This document shows positions 43,962-53,958 of a stretch of 64,000 bases of DNA, one piece after another. The notes below the pieces were generated by a model. The model was not told the DNA's origin. It saw only the letters and a list, made by a program, of their open reading frames with translations, and did no database searches. Every line of letters begins with the position of its first letter. Positions within the stretch are counted from its first letter, which is position 1. Source of the DNA: an uncultured Planctomycetaceae bacterium (lineage in GTDB: Bacteria > Planctomycetota > Planctomycetia > Planctomycetales > Planctomycetaceae); assembly GCA_963815195.1 (NCBI GenBank), contig CAWFGE010000008.1, positions 448,001 to 512,000 of the forward strand, in the 5' to 3' direction. Both the position numbers and the translations under genes were made by a program.

Positions 43962-44239
43962 AAATCACGGTGGAGTTCTTCGGCATTCCCCGGCTCCGCG
44001 CGGGCCGGGCCGACTCGGTGCTCCACCTGGACGGCAACAGGCACTCCGCACCGCTTTCCGAGATTCTCACCGCTTTGGCCGAGGAGTTTCCCGCACTGGG
44101 CCGCGATTGCATTGACGGCGGCCGCTTGCGGCAAGGCTACATCGCCAACATCAACGGCAGCCGGTTCGTCTCCGATCCCGCCGCGAAAATCGCCGACGGC
44201 GAAAGCCTGCTGATCCTCTCCGCCGACGTCGGCGGCTGA
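43958..44239 (+). CDS. MoaD/ThiS-family sulfur carrier
   Basis: MKITVEFFG...[16 protein letters not shown] with C-terminal GG; ATGA overlap with the upstream gene. Confidence 0.85.
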   Translation: MKITVEFFGIPRLRAGRADSVLHLDGNRHSAPLSEILTALAEEFPALGRDCIDGGRLRQGYIANINGSRFVSDPAAKIADGESLLILSADVGG

Positions 44240-44573
44240 TCGCAAAAAAACACCCGCGGATCGATCGAGGAACAACCGCCCGCCTTTGTGCGCCTTCGTT
44301 CAAAAGGGGCGTCACAGAATCATCGCGCACAAGATCATGGTTTTGTGAACCATGATTTTGTTGAATCGAACTTCGGTTGAGAATCTTCTCCCATTTCGCG
44401 CGACCTTCGCGGAGCGAAAGGCGACTTTCTCGATCAGTCCTCCGTTTGCACCCGCCGCGCGAACCCGGCCCCGGCTTCCGGCGTCCTTTCTAACAACAAC
44501 CGGCCAGCGTTTCGCTTGAAATGCAGCGAATACAGGCCGCGTCACAAACTTCAACGGACAAAGGACGTATCCC

Positions 44574-45169
44574 ATGACCCAGGCGGTGCTCAATCGGCCT
44601 ACGCTCGTTTTGAATCGGAATTGGCAGCCGGTGGGCGTGGCCACCGTCGCCCGATCGCTGGTGAAGGTCTGGAACGAAGTCGCCCGGATCGTGGACCCGG
44701 CGGACTATCGCCTTTACTCCTGGGAGGACTGGGCTCAGCTTACCCCGGCCGAGGGCGAAGCGTTCATTGCCACGGCCCGGCTGCGGCTGCGGGTGCCGGA
44801 GGTCGTCACGCTCACCAGCTACGACCGCCTGCCCGCGAACGCGGTGACCTTCAGCCGGCGGAACGTGTTCAAGCGGGACCGGTTTACGTGCCAGTATTGC
44901 GGCTGCCAGCCGGGGGGCGAGGAGCTGACGATCGACCACGTGATCCCGCGGCGCAGGGGGGAACCTCGACGTGGGGCAACTGCGTCCTGGCGTGCATCGA
45001 CTGCAACGCCAAGAAGGCCGACCGCACGCCGGACGAAGCCAGGATGCCGCTGAAGAAGACGCCGGTGCGTCCGCTCTGGAAGCCGCTCTACGCGGCCCAC
45101 GGCACGCGGATCGGCAGTTGGTCGAAGTTCCTCAGCGAAGCCTACTGGACCGTGGAACTGGACGCGTAG
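44574..45169 (+). CDS. HNH endonuclease; frameshift near 44952
   Basis: LVLNRNWQP, RD.FTCQYCG...LTIDHVIP, GG.STWGNCVLACIDCN.KK. Confidence 0.9.
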
Positions 45170-45365
45170 GCGGAAACGATGAATGAATGACCAATTCCCA
45201 AATCCCAATGATCAACGACTTGTCGAGCGTACACTCGATCGTTGTTGGTGATTGGGATTGGGTCATTGGTCATTGCGGCTTTGTAAAAATGCCTTGGTGA
45301 AATGGCGGAAGATTGATACATTTCCACCGCCTTTCACTTTTCTTTCATCGAATGAAGGCAGTGAG

Positions 45366-45941
45366 ATGAGCCGGATCCCATTGCGAAGGCTGCTTTTGCC
45401 TTTTTCCGCGGCGCTCGTATGTCTTGGCCTTTTCGCCGTAAACGCTCATGTTGCGGCCGGAAAGACGTCAGGTGCTGACGCGGCGCTGCCATTGATGAAT
45501 TATTACGACCTCGATGTCGAAGTCGTTATTAAGCAATGTAACCCTGCCGACCAGGCTGTTCGCAAAAAGGAATGGCACGTTCGAACGGACATTTGGCGGG
45601 ATGTGCCTTTTGATCTGACGGCGAAAGCACAGGGCGAAGACATCCTTGTTCGCGGAACTCTCTCCCAGGCAGAGAAAGGCCGTCTTCGTCTTGCGATTAC
45701 CGTGCGGCGGGCCGGCAGCGATTGGGGCTCGGAGGTAGAAACGTCGATTGAGCTCGTTCCCCGGGAGCGAGTAGAAATTGCAAGACTCTCAGATCTCTCA
45801 GAGGAAGGCGAGTTGCTCTCAGAGGAAGGCACATTTGTCACAATCAGGCCGCGAGCTCCTGGCGGACTCGTTCCGCGGACGCAAGCTCGCATCGCGACTG
45901 ATCCGAAATTAGCCCGCAGCGCAAGCAAGGGATTTGAATAA
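45366..45941 (+). CDS. Secreted hypothetical protein
   Basis: Signal-peptide-like N-terminus; open 191-codon frame. Confidence 0.55.
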   Translation: MSRIPLRRLLLPFSAALVCLGLFAVNAHVAAGKTSGADAALPLMNYYDLDVEVVIKQCNPADQAVRKKEWHVRTDIWRDVPFDLTAKAQGEDILVRGTLSQAEKGRLRLAITVRRAGSDWGSEVETSIELVPRERVEIARLSDLSEEGELLSEEGTFVTIRPRAPGGLVPRTQARIATDPKLARSASKGFE

Positions 45942-46040
45942 AAAATTCTTTCCCTTCCCTCAATTGCGCTTCGGGCGAATTCGAAAAAAACAGATTTCTT
46001 GATCGAAGCGAATCTCGCCGCCATCACAGGGACGGTAATT

Positions 46041-47124
46041 ATGGTGACGCTGCCCGGTCAGCACCGGCTGATACGAAAGCAAAACGGCCCCCAAACCGGG
46101 GGTCCGCATTTTCCCCCGCCGGAAACGCCCATCGAGATGGAATGCGTGCCCTGCCTGCTTTGCGGCGGGAACGATTTTGAGCCGGTGATCGAATCACCCG
46201 ATCCGCTCACCGGCTTGGGCGGCGTATTTCACGTCGTTCGCTGTCTGGACTGCGAACTCCACTTCACGAATCCCCGCCCGACGGAAAACTCCATCGGCCT
46301 GTTCTATCCGTCCAACTATGCCCCCTGGGGCGGCAAAGCCAAACGGCCCACGCTCCGCCAGAAGTGGCACGACGCTTTGGAACTCGCAGTGCTGCGAACG
46401 CGGTTCGGCTATCCGTCCGAAGCGGTTTCGGTTTGGGACCGTGTAAAATCCTCGTTGGGACGGCTGTGGATCCATCGCAGCGCCCAGCGGCAGAATTGGA
46501 TTCCCTGGCGGGCACCGGGCCGACTTTTGGATTTCGGTTGCGGGGGCGGGGATTTTTTGGTGGCAATGCAAAAATTCGGCTGGCAGGTGGAAGGCATGGA
46601 CAATGCCGCCACCTGCGCGGGATGTCACCGGGCGGACGGGGATTCCCGTGCACGTGGGCACGCTGCCGCACCCGGACGTTCCGCCGGAGTCCTTCGATGC
46701 CGTCACCATGTGGAACGCCCTGGAGCACGTGCATCAGCCGCGCGAAACCGTGCAAGCGGCGAACCGGGCGCTCCGGCCCGGCGGGATTCTCGTGGTGGGC
46801 GTGCCGAACATCGCGTCGTGGGCCTTCGAGCAATTCCGCGAGCGCTGGTATCCGCTCAAAGTGCCCCGGCATCTGACGCACTTCACGCCGAACACGCTCC
46901 GCGAAACCTTGAACGCCGAGGGCTTTCAGGTCCTCTCGGTCGATCACATCGCCCGGCCGAGCTTCTTACGAAAATCGGTCCGCCGGGTGATCAAGGAAAC
47001 CGGCGGCTCGCCACAGTTGCGCTGGCTGGCGACGCGGCAAGGGGCAACCTTCGCCGCGAGTTGGACCGAGCGGACCGGGCAGTCCGAATTCATCCGCGCC
47101 GTCGCCGAGAAACTCCCCGTCTGA
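46041..47124 (+). CDS. Class I SAM methyltransferase with N-terminal CxxC pairs; frameshift near 46615
   Basis: CLLCG, CLDC...NPRP, LLDFGCGGG, FDAVTMWNALEHV, PRHL.HF. Confidence 0.85.
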
Positions 47125-47137
47125 GGAGACCCCGCCC

Positions 47138-47359
47138 GTGGGGAATCGCGAATCCGAAACCATCCGGCTGGATCAATTCTTGAAACTGACCGGTTCGGTC
47201 CCCACCGGCGGCCACGCGAAACAGGCCATCCAAGCCGGCGAAGTCCAAGTCAACGGCGCGGTCGAAACCCGCCGCCGCCGGCAACTCAAAGACGGCGACG
47301 TGGTCGAATACGCCGGCGAAGAATACATCGTGGAATGGACCCCGGATGACGAATCTTGA
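47138..47359 (+). CDS. S4-domain RNA-binding protein (YaaA/YbcJ-like)
   Basis: IRLDQFLK...TGGHAK..IQ.GEV.VNG.VETRRRRQL..GD. Confidence 0.9.
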   Translation: MGNRESETIRLDQFLKLTGSVPTGGHAKQAIQAGEVQVNGAVETRRRRQLKDGDVVEYAGEEYIVEWTPDDES

Positions 47360-47372
47360 CCCTGGAACAGCC

Positions 47373-48692
47373 TCACCAAGGCAGCGCGGCGATTTGGGTG
47401 CCGGGGTAATAGCCGCGGAGGATCTCCGCGGCGGTTTTGCCGGCGAGGGCCTGGCCGCGGGCACCCCATTGGCAAAGGCCGACGCCGTGGCCGTGGCCTC
47501 GGCCTTGGAAGTGGAAATGCTGCGAGTCCTGCCAGACCTCAAACGTTGCGCTGGGCAATGACAGCCTGCGTCTCACGTCGGCGGCGGAGATCTCGGCAGT
47601 CTTTTGGCCGTTGGAGACTTGGAACAGGCTCGCCGGAATGACCGGGCTTTGATCGCGACGTTGGATCGCTGTGATCGGTCGGCGGGAGCCGCCCAACAGC
47701 GAAGCGAGTTTGCTCGCGGCGGCGCTCCGGCTGAGTTTTTCGGTCCAGCGGTAGTATTTCGCGTCCCGGCACCACTGGCAACGGACCGATTGAAGCGGCG
47801 GGGCGGCGTCGCGAAAAACCAGATCGCCCCGCGTCGTCCGGCCGCCGCACACGGCGGAGTAATACGTGCAAAAGAGTTGCCCCTCGTGCAGGCAGACCAG
47901 GCCCGCCGTCGCCTGGGCGATTTGCCGGCCAAGGGCGGTTTCGCCCGCAAGCCGGCGTCCGCCTGACATGTATTGATAGCCCAGATAGTTCTGGCTCCGG
48001 GGCGAGGCGTACACATCGAAATAGGGTTGGCTCCGCGACTGGGCCATTTGATAGAGAGCATACGTCCGCGAGCAGATCGCCTGCGCCTTCCGGGCTTCTT
48101 CGGGGAACGCCGCGGGCATTTCGCTGTCGATCACGCTGGCGAGATAATCCTCCACCGGCAATACGTTGACCGGCAGGATCTTTCCGCCCGGCTGGCGAAA
48201 CAGCCGCACCCGGCCGCGGTATTGATGCCCGTTGACCCAGATCGCGGGAGAATCCTGTGGCACGACTTCCAGCCGGGTCGTGGCGTAGCTTTGCTTGCCG
48301 ATCTTTAGTGCCGATCGGTCGCACTGCACCCGGCATTCCTCAAGGGATGGCCCTTGGCCGAGGGTTTGATCCGACCCCAAAACCCGCAAAGAATAAGGCC
48401 CATCGATTTGCAAGCGGACGGAACTCGCGGGCGAAGCCGACAGGCATACGCGGATGGTCGGGGATTCTCCGCTCGCGGGTCGCGGGAGACGGGCGGGCGT
48501 CCCGGACGTGGAAGGCGAACGCGCCGGCGGATCAGGCTCGATTTGTGCCGACGAGAGTCCCACGCCGTGGAGCGCATAATATCCCAGCGTGGAGATTGCC
48601 AGTCCCGCCAGCAGGGTGATCACGCCGCGCGCAAAATCAAAGCCCCTCCGCGTGAATGGCCTTTCGATCCGAACCGGCGAAGTGTCATCCAA
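47373..48692 (-). CDS. SpoIID/LytB-domain protein; start uncertain
   Basis: YRG, VNVLPVEDYL.SV..SEMP..FPEEA.KAQAI.SRTYA, G.G.GHGVGLCQWGA, EIL..YYPG. Confidence 0.88.
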   Translation of the reverse strand: MDDTSPVRIERPFTRRGFDFARGVITLLAGLAISTLGYYALHGVGLSSAQIEPDPPARSPSTSGTPARLPRPASGESPTIRVCLSASPASSVRLQIDGPYSLRVLGSDQTLGQGPSLEECRVQCDRSALKIGKQSYATTRLEVVPQDSPAIWVNGHQYRGRVRLFRQPGGKILPVNVLPVEDYLASVIDSEMPAAFPEEARKAQAICSRTYALYQMAQSRSQPYFDVYASPRSQNYLGYQYMSGGRRLAGETALGRQIAQATAGLVCLHEGQLFCTYYSAVCGGRTTRGDLVFRDAAPPLQSVRCQWCRDAKYYRWTEKLSRSAAASKLASLLGGSRRPITAIQRRDQSPVIPASLFQVSNGQKTAEISAADVRRRLSLPSATFEVWQDSQHFHFQGRGHGHGVGLCQWGARGQALAGKTAAEILRGYYPGTQIAALPW

Positions 48693-48729
48693 AACACCGC
48701 CGGCTGTCAATAGCCGCCGCCGATGATGT

Positions 48730-48999
48730 TCACATCGGAGACTGAAAGCCCATGACCTGGAAGCGGGCGAGTTCCTGGGTCGAGGTGAGTTTGAGGGCGC
48801 TGATGCCTTCGTAGGCGACGAAGACCTTGCGGGCCCCGTAGGAATCGGGCTTATCGCGTTCCACGAGGAGAATGCCGCCGGAAACCATGAAGTTGACAAA
48901 CGAAATGGTTTCCTGAAAGCTGGTGACGATCATGCCCTGGCGGGGGATGGCTTCGGGCCAGTTTTCGAACAGCGACCGCCAAGATTCCGAGTTTTCCAT
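48730..48999 (-). CDS. Conserved hypothetical protein
   Basis: Clean 89-aa ORF, W..LF.NWP..IPR.G...ERDKPD..GAR. Confidence 0.7.
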   Translation of the reverse strand: MENSESWRSLFENWPEAIPRQGMIVTSFQETISFVNFMVSGGILLVERDKPDSYGARKVFVAYEGISALKLTSTQELARFQVMGFQSPM

Positions 49000-49026
49000 T
49001 AGAGTCGTCCTTGATATGGGGCCAAC

Positions 49027-49056
49027 AAAAAACCGGATGGTAGCAACCATCCGGTT
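49027..49056 (-). terminator. Intrinsic terminator after tRNA-Glu
   Basis: AACCGGATGG-6 nt-CCATCCGGTT hairpin with a T run on the minus strand. Confidence 0.8.
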
Positions 49057-49062
49057 GAAACA

Positions 49063-49137
49063 TGACCCCAGGGGGATTTGAACCCCCGTTACCGGATCGA
49101 AAATCCGGTGTCCTGGGCCTGACTAGACGATGGGGCC
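49063..49137 (-). tRNA. tRNA-Glu (TTC)
   Basis: GGCCCCA..GTCTAG..AGGAC A CCGGA TTTTCGA TCCGG..GGGGG TTCAAAT CCCCC TGGGGTC A. Confidence 0.95.
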
Positions 49138-49287
49138 GAAGGATGCGTGCAATTTATACCATCTGTCGGCATTGTCAACCCACACGCGTGAAGAGAATCT
49201 GTGGGGACTCGAATTTCAATTTGAGCGTCCGCCGACACTTAAAGCGGGGCGGAAAAAGCAGCTACGCAAGCCACGGGCCGAAGGCGC

Positions 49288-49503
49288 TTAAAGTTCGGTC
49301 TGTGAAATGTGCGTGGACTCGTCTTTGGCCTGAGCCGCCTGTTCATTTTTGATGGCCGCATGGATTTCGCTGCGGTGAATGGGCACCTCGCGCGGTGCCT
49401 GAATTCCAAGTCGCACCTTGTCGCCCCGAATTTCGACCACGGTGATGACAATATTGTCATCGATGATGATGCTCTCATCCTTTTTGCGCGACAGAACCAA
49501 CAT
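49288..49503 (-). CDS. csrA: Carbon storage regulator
   Basis: MLVLSRK.DESI.I...VRLGI.APREVPIHR.E. Confidence 0.96.
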   Translation of the reverse strand: MLVLSRKKDESIIIDDNIVITVVEIRGDKVRLGIQAPREVPIHRSEIHAAIKNEQAAQAKDESTHISQTEL

Positions 49504-49857
49504 GTCCGCGTCTCCATTGATACTGACCGGTGATTGAACAGACCCGCCTTGGGGGTTTGGGCAAAGGGTAATAGAACGGTATTGCGTGAGCGCAAGGTAA
49601 ACCGGTCTTTATTAACCATTGCGATTGTAGGGGGTTATTGCGAATCGTCAAGTACCCGGACACCAAAGAAGAGGGAACGCTGCGGACAAGCCCGCAGAGA
49701 AAGATCCCCCTCCCTTGGCACGGAAAAGCTCGGATTGTTCTGTTCTTGCGGGGGATGGCAAAGCCGAAGAAAGCCCTGCTCCGTCGAGGCCGCCCGGTTC
49801 GGGTGCCCGTCATCGACACCCGAAAAAATCCCCAAGATGGGAAAAATCCCCGATTTC

Positions 49858-50193
49858 TTACTTCACCATGTCCTTGAGCGCCTTGAGCGGACGGGCCTTA
49901 ACCACGTCTTGAGCCGGCTTGGCTTTGTAAATCATCGGTTCGCCCGTGAAGCGATTGACGCCTTCGCGTTCCTTGGTCGCCGGCTTGTGCTGCACGTAGA
50001 GTTTCAACAGGCCCGGAAGATTGAAAACCCGCGCCCCCTTCTTGTTGGAGAGTTCTTCGCTGATGAGGTCGGTCAAGGACTCCATCACCGAACTGACTTC
50101 TTTTTTGCTGAGTTCCGTCCGCTCGGCCAACTGGTTCAGAATTTCGCTTTTGGTCATGGGTTTTGCTTTTGTGGCGGCTTTCTTTTTGGCCAT
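49858..50193 (-). CDS. HU-family DNA-binding protein
   Basis: MTKSEI...LAE...LSKKEV, GVNRFTGE, AKPA..VVK. Confidence 0.92.
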   Translation of the reverse strand: MAKKKAATKAKPMTKSEILNQLAERTELSKKEVSSVMESLTDLISEELSNKKGARVFNLPGLLKLYVQHKPATKEREGVNRFTGEPMIYKAKPAQDVVKARPLKALKDMVK

Positions 50194-50835
50194 TTACCAA
50201 CTCCCGATTGTGCAAGGTGTTGAGGGGATAACTGTCAACGCGTAGTTGCTTTTGAAGGTAGTTAACTGTTGACGTGGGAAATTGTCAATGAATGGGCCCG
50301 GTTTTCACGCAGAAAATCCTTATTTTCTAGGTTTTGGGAGTGAAACCCCCAGAAATCCCCGGCAAATCGCCCTTCGCGGCGGCCATCGGCCTATAAATCG
50401 GCTCCAAAACGCCCAAAGGCGGCCACGCCGCAAGCCACGCCGCAGCCGCATTTTGGCGGCGGCGATCGATCCGGGCGGCTGAAAGACGACGCTGCGAACA
50501 ATCCTTGTCGCCACTCGCCCCGCAACGCGATTTCCCATGCGGGAAAACGATTTTTAGAAACTTTCTTTCCCCCTGAAATCCGCCGGCTCAACCGGCCCCC
50601 TGGCCCGGCGTAAGGAAACACGCCCCTGGCGCGGCGCCAGGGCGTTTGGGTTTGGGCTAAAAAATCGCGATTCGTGCGCCTTTTTCTTCTCGCGAGACAT
50701 CTCCTAGAATGGAGGGGGCAAGAAATCAGAACTTTTCGCGGGCTGCGGGGTTAGATAGATGATAAACGTGCGCTTTTGTCATCATCTCGCCCCTTGGATC
50801 CAACCGAATCGGGATTAACCAAGATCGAGAACCGC

Positions 50836-51450
50836 GTGGTCAATCTAAGCGACGACCAACAAACAACTTACACGCACGACCCCGACGTGCAGTTGATGCT
50901 GCGCGTCAAGGAAGGGGACCAAGAGGCCTTTACCAATCTTGTGAAAACGTACGAAGATCGGCTCATCGGCGTGTTTGCGCACATGCTGCACGATGAAGAA
51001 TTGGCGGAGGATTTGGCCCAGGAAGTTTTCATGCGGGTTTATCGTTCGCGGGAACGCTACCAACCCACGGCGAAGTTTTCCACGTGGTTGTTTCGCATCG
51101 CGAACAACCTCGCGAGCAACACCCGCCGAAATCGGGGCCGGCGGAAAGAAGTGCCCCTCGAAGTGCGAGACACCGGACCTCTGGTGCCCGCCCCGAAGAA
51201 CAACTGCTCGCGGATGAATCGGGGATGATTCCCACCCGGCAGGCCGCGAAGCGGGAGATGCAAGATATCGTCCGGCAGGCCCTCGACACGTTGAACGACC
51301 GCCAGCGGATGGCGGTCTTGTTGCACAAATTTGAAGGCATGAGCTACGCGGACATCGGGCAAGCGATGGAAATGTCGGTCCCGGCCGTCAAATCCCTCCT
51401 GTCCCGCGCGGGAGAACCTGCGAGAAGCCCTCCAACAGCACGTTCGCTAG
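50836..51450 (+). CDS. ECF sigma-70 factor; frameshifts near 51180 and 51410
   Basis: GDQEAF, AEDLAQEVF, FSTWLFRIA.N, L..RQRMAVLL..FEGMSYADI...M..S..AVKSLLSRA(R). Confidence 0.88.
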
Positions 51451-51703
51451 AACCGGCAAAAATATCCGTTCCGCGTAACCTGAGACTGGAAATTGACAAC
51501 AGAATTAGGAACACTGGTATGGAGCACCTCTTACAATTCATGCGCCCTCGGGCGATTCTTGTTTGGCAAACCTCTTGACAATCCTTTGGGCCCGCCGCAA
51601 ATCGAGCGGCCGGCGAATTGAAGTTTGAAAGAGAACCAGCCGATTTCCCTAAACGGTCAATCCCGATAGTTTCCGCTCAACTTTTTTTGAAGCTCCCATA
51701 CCG

Positions 51704-52219
51704 ATGGAAGATTCATCACCTATCACACCGGATCTGCGTGCGAATCTGGTCGCCTATTTGGACGGCGAGTTGGACGAAGTCGCGACAATCGAGGTTGAAA
51801 AAAACCTTTCCGAGAGCGAGGAAATCCGCCTGGAGGTGGAAGCGCTCTCGAAAACGTGGGAGTTGTTGGACGCGTTGCCGCCCGTGCAGGCTTCAAGCGA
51901 ATTCACCGAGCGCACGCTGCAATCGATTCAAACGGAAAGTGTTCCGGGCGCGACTCGGACGCTTTTGAACCCCGCCCTCAGACGGAATCTTTGGGGAGGC
52001 CTGCTTTTGATCGGATTGACGTCCTGCGCCGTGTTGGGATTTTACGCGGCGAACCGGGCCGTTCCCCAGCGTTCAGAGAGCTTGCTCAAGGATTTGCCGG
52101 TGGTGCAGAACCTGGATTTGTACGAAGAGACGGGCGATGTGGAGTTCTTGCAGAATCTAGAAGGGATGGGAGCGTTGATCGATGAGCCATCCGCCGAGTT
52201 CCAAGATGAAAACGAATGA
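51704..52219 (+). CDS. Anti-sigma-factor-like membrane protein
   Basis: LVAYLDGELD N-terminus, single TM helix, downstream of the ECF gene. Confidence 0.75.
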   Translation: MEDSSPITPDLRANLVAYLDGELDEVATIEVEKNLSESEEIRLEVEALSKTWELLDALPPVQASSEFTERTLQSIQTESVPGATRTLLNPALRRNLWGGLLLIGLTSCAVLGFYAANRAVPQRSESLLKDLPVVQNLDLYEETGDVEFLQNLEGMGALIDEPSAEFQDENE

Positions 52220-53471
52220 TGCCCTCAAGACGGCCGCGCTGCCTCGAACCGCTCGGCCCGTCTGGCGTTCCTGGTGGTGGTTTGCCTTGGCGGGGCTGGT
52301 GCTCTTGGGCACGCCCTTTCTCTTCAGCAGTCCGCCGGACCCCGAACTCGAAGCCCGCCGCCGGCAGATCGAAAATCTCTCCGCCGCGGAGCGCGAACGG
52401 CTCCAGCGGAATTTCGAGCGGTTCGAAAAACTCCCCGCCGACCGCCAGGCCGAGCTCCGGGAATTGGACCAGGCCGTTCAGGACGATGAGAGCCTCAAGA
52501 ACACACTGCTGGAATACGAACGCTGGCTGACCACGCTGTCCCCCTGGCAGCGGGCGGAGTTGCGGAAGGCCCCCTCCAATGCCGAGAAGCTGAAGCTCGT
52601 CCAGTCCATCGTCGCCCAGCAGCGCCGGCAGGCGGAAGATCGGCGCCAGCAGGAACAAGAAATCCAAGAGCAGATCCGCATCAACCTGGCGAGGTTCCAA
52701 GGCCCCAAGCCGCAGGGGGTGGTGTTGACCGACGAGGAACTCGGCAAAATGCTCGCCGTCCTGGAAACCCATGCGCCGCCCGACTTTCATCAATCGAAGA
52801 CCAAACCGCCCGGCACACCGGCTTACCAGATGCAGCTGCTCGCCGCGGTGCTGGAAGACCGCTACTTCAATCAAAACGAAGAGGCGCAAGAGCAACCGCT
52901 GCCGGAGCCGCTCATCAAAGACATGATCGCCCAAGTTTCCGATGCCGAGGCGCGGCAGCAAGTGCAAAAGCTTTACGACGAGAAGCAATCGCGGGGGTTT
53001 GTGTGGTACTTGGCCTGGAAGCTCAACATGGCGTGGTGGAACGAAGCCCGGGAACACTACCCCAGCCGGGCGGAGTTGGACAAGACGGTTGAGACCCTCG
53101 GCGGAAAAGCTCTGGAAAAGTTCGAAAGCGAGAAGGAAGAGAATCCCGGCCTGGCTTATTTCCATCTTATCCAGGCCACCCGACAGGGTGAGTTTGATCT
53201 GGATACGCGGGACCTCAACGATGTGCTCGAAAAACTTGGCTTCCGCAATTTCAACCGCCGGCCCAGTGGCGGATCGAACGGCGGACGGTTCGGCGGCCGA
53301 GGCGGCGGTCCGCAGCGCCGCGACCACGGGCCCGAACGGAACGGCGAACGCGGACCCCGCAGACCTCCCGACCGCGAGCCAGACGGCCGCCCCGAGTTGC
53401 CGCGGCCCGAACCCAAAGATGACCCAACCCCTTCGCAAACCGGCGAAACCGAGACGCCGAGATGCGATTGA
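52206..53471 (+). CDS. Hypothetical protein with LSxxER/LPxxRQ helical repeats (DUF3106-like) and low-complexity tail
   Basis: TM helix, then LSAAERERL..FEKLPADRQ..LSPWQRAEL. Confidence 0.7.
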   Translation: MKTNDALKTAALPRTARPVWRSWWWFALAGLVLLGTPFLFSSPPDPELEARRRQIENLSAAERERLQRNFERFEKLPADRQAELRELDQAVQDDESLKNTLLEYERWLTTLSPWQRAELRKAPSNAEKLKLVQSIVAQQRRQAEDRRQQEQEIQEQIRINLARFQGPKPQGVVLTDEELGKMLAVLETHAPPDFHQSKTKPPGTPAYQMQLLAAVLEDRYFNQNEEAQEQPLPEPLIKDMIAQVSDAEARQQVQKLYDEKQSRGFVWYLAWKLNMAWWNEAREHYPSRAELDKTVETLGGKALEKFESEKEENPGLAYFHLIQATRQGEFDLDTRDLNDVLEKLGFRNFNRRPSGGSNGGRFGGRGGGPQRRDHGPERNGERGPRRPPDREPDGRPELPRPEPKDDPTPSQTGETETPRCD

Positions 53472-53635
53472 GCCTTGTCATCGCGGCCCATAATGAGGGA
53501 TCCTCTCTGTGGAAAACCGTGCAATCCTGCGTGGAAACCTGTGCGGGGTTGGATTACGAAATCGTGATCGCCGACGATGCTTCGTGGGACGGCTGCATTG
53601 ATGAGGTCCAAAAACGCTTTCCGCAAGTTCGCGTT
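53462..53635 (+). pseudogene. Truncated family-2 glycosyltransferase (first ~58 aa only)
   Basis: LSLVIAAHNEG..L...V.S...YEIVIADDASWDG...FPQVRV, then unrelated sequence and a stop at 53674. Confidence 0.75.
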
Positions 53636-53931
53636 GGCCCGGTGGCGACGGTTTATGGCACCCCATCAACATGACGGTGAACGGCGGCAAATATTCCGAC
53701 CCCGTGTTCCGATTTATTCCACGTCCCGGGAAGCAGATTTTTCTAAAGACCCAACCCGAAGCAATCGGCTGGCCTACGGCCCTAGTGCAGCCATCGGGGA
53801 ACCTCACCGTTACCCAGACTATCAGAGTGCAGATCGCCGGAGTTGAGTTGAACACCGGCGTCATAAACCGCAACGTTATCGCCCAACAGGTCACTGGCAC
53901 GCAGGCTAACATCACGATCGATTGGAAATAG
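53635..53931 (+). other. Orphan 3' gene fragment (possible toxin C-terminus)
   Basis: The frame of ORF 53671-53931 stays open back to the GT2 breakpoint (WPGGDGLWHPINM...). Confidence 0.4.
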
Positions 53932-53958
53932 AGAGATACCTTTTTCAAGGAGACATCC

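Noticed and set aside
44574..45169. HNH nuclease as a homing or defence element
   Set aside because: It is a common stand-alone family with no intron, methylase or mobile context here.
49540..49850. CsrB/RsmY-like sRNA next to csrA
   Set aside because: Hairpins are present, but no series of GGA-loop stem-loops is evident.
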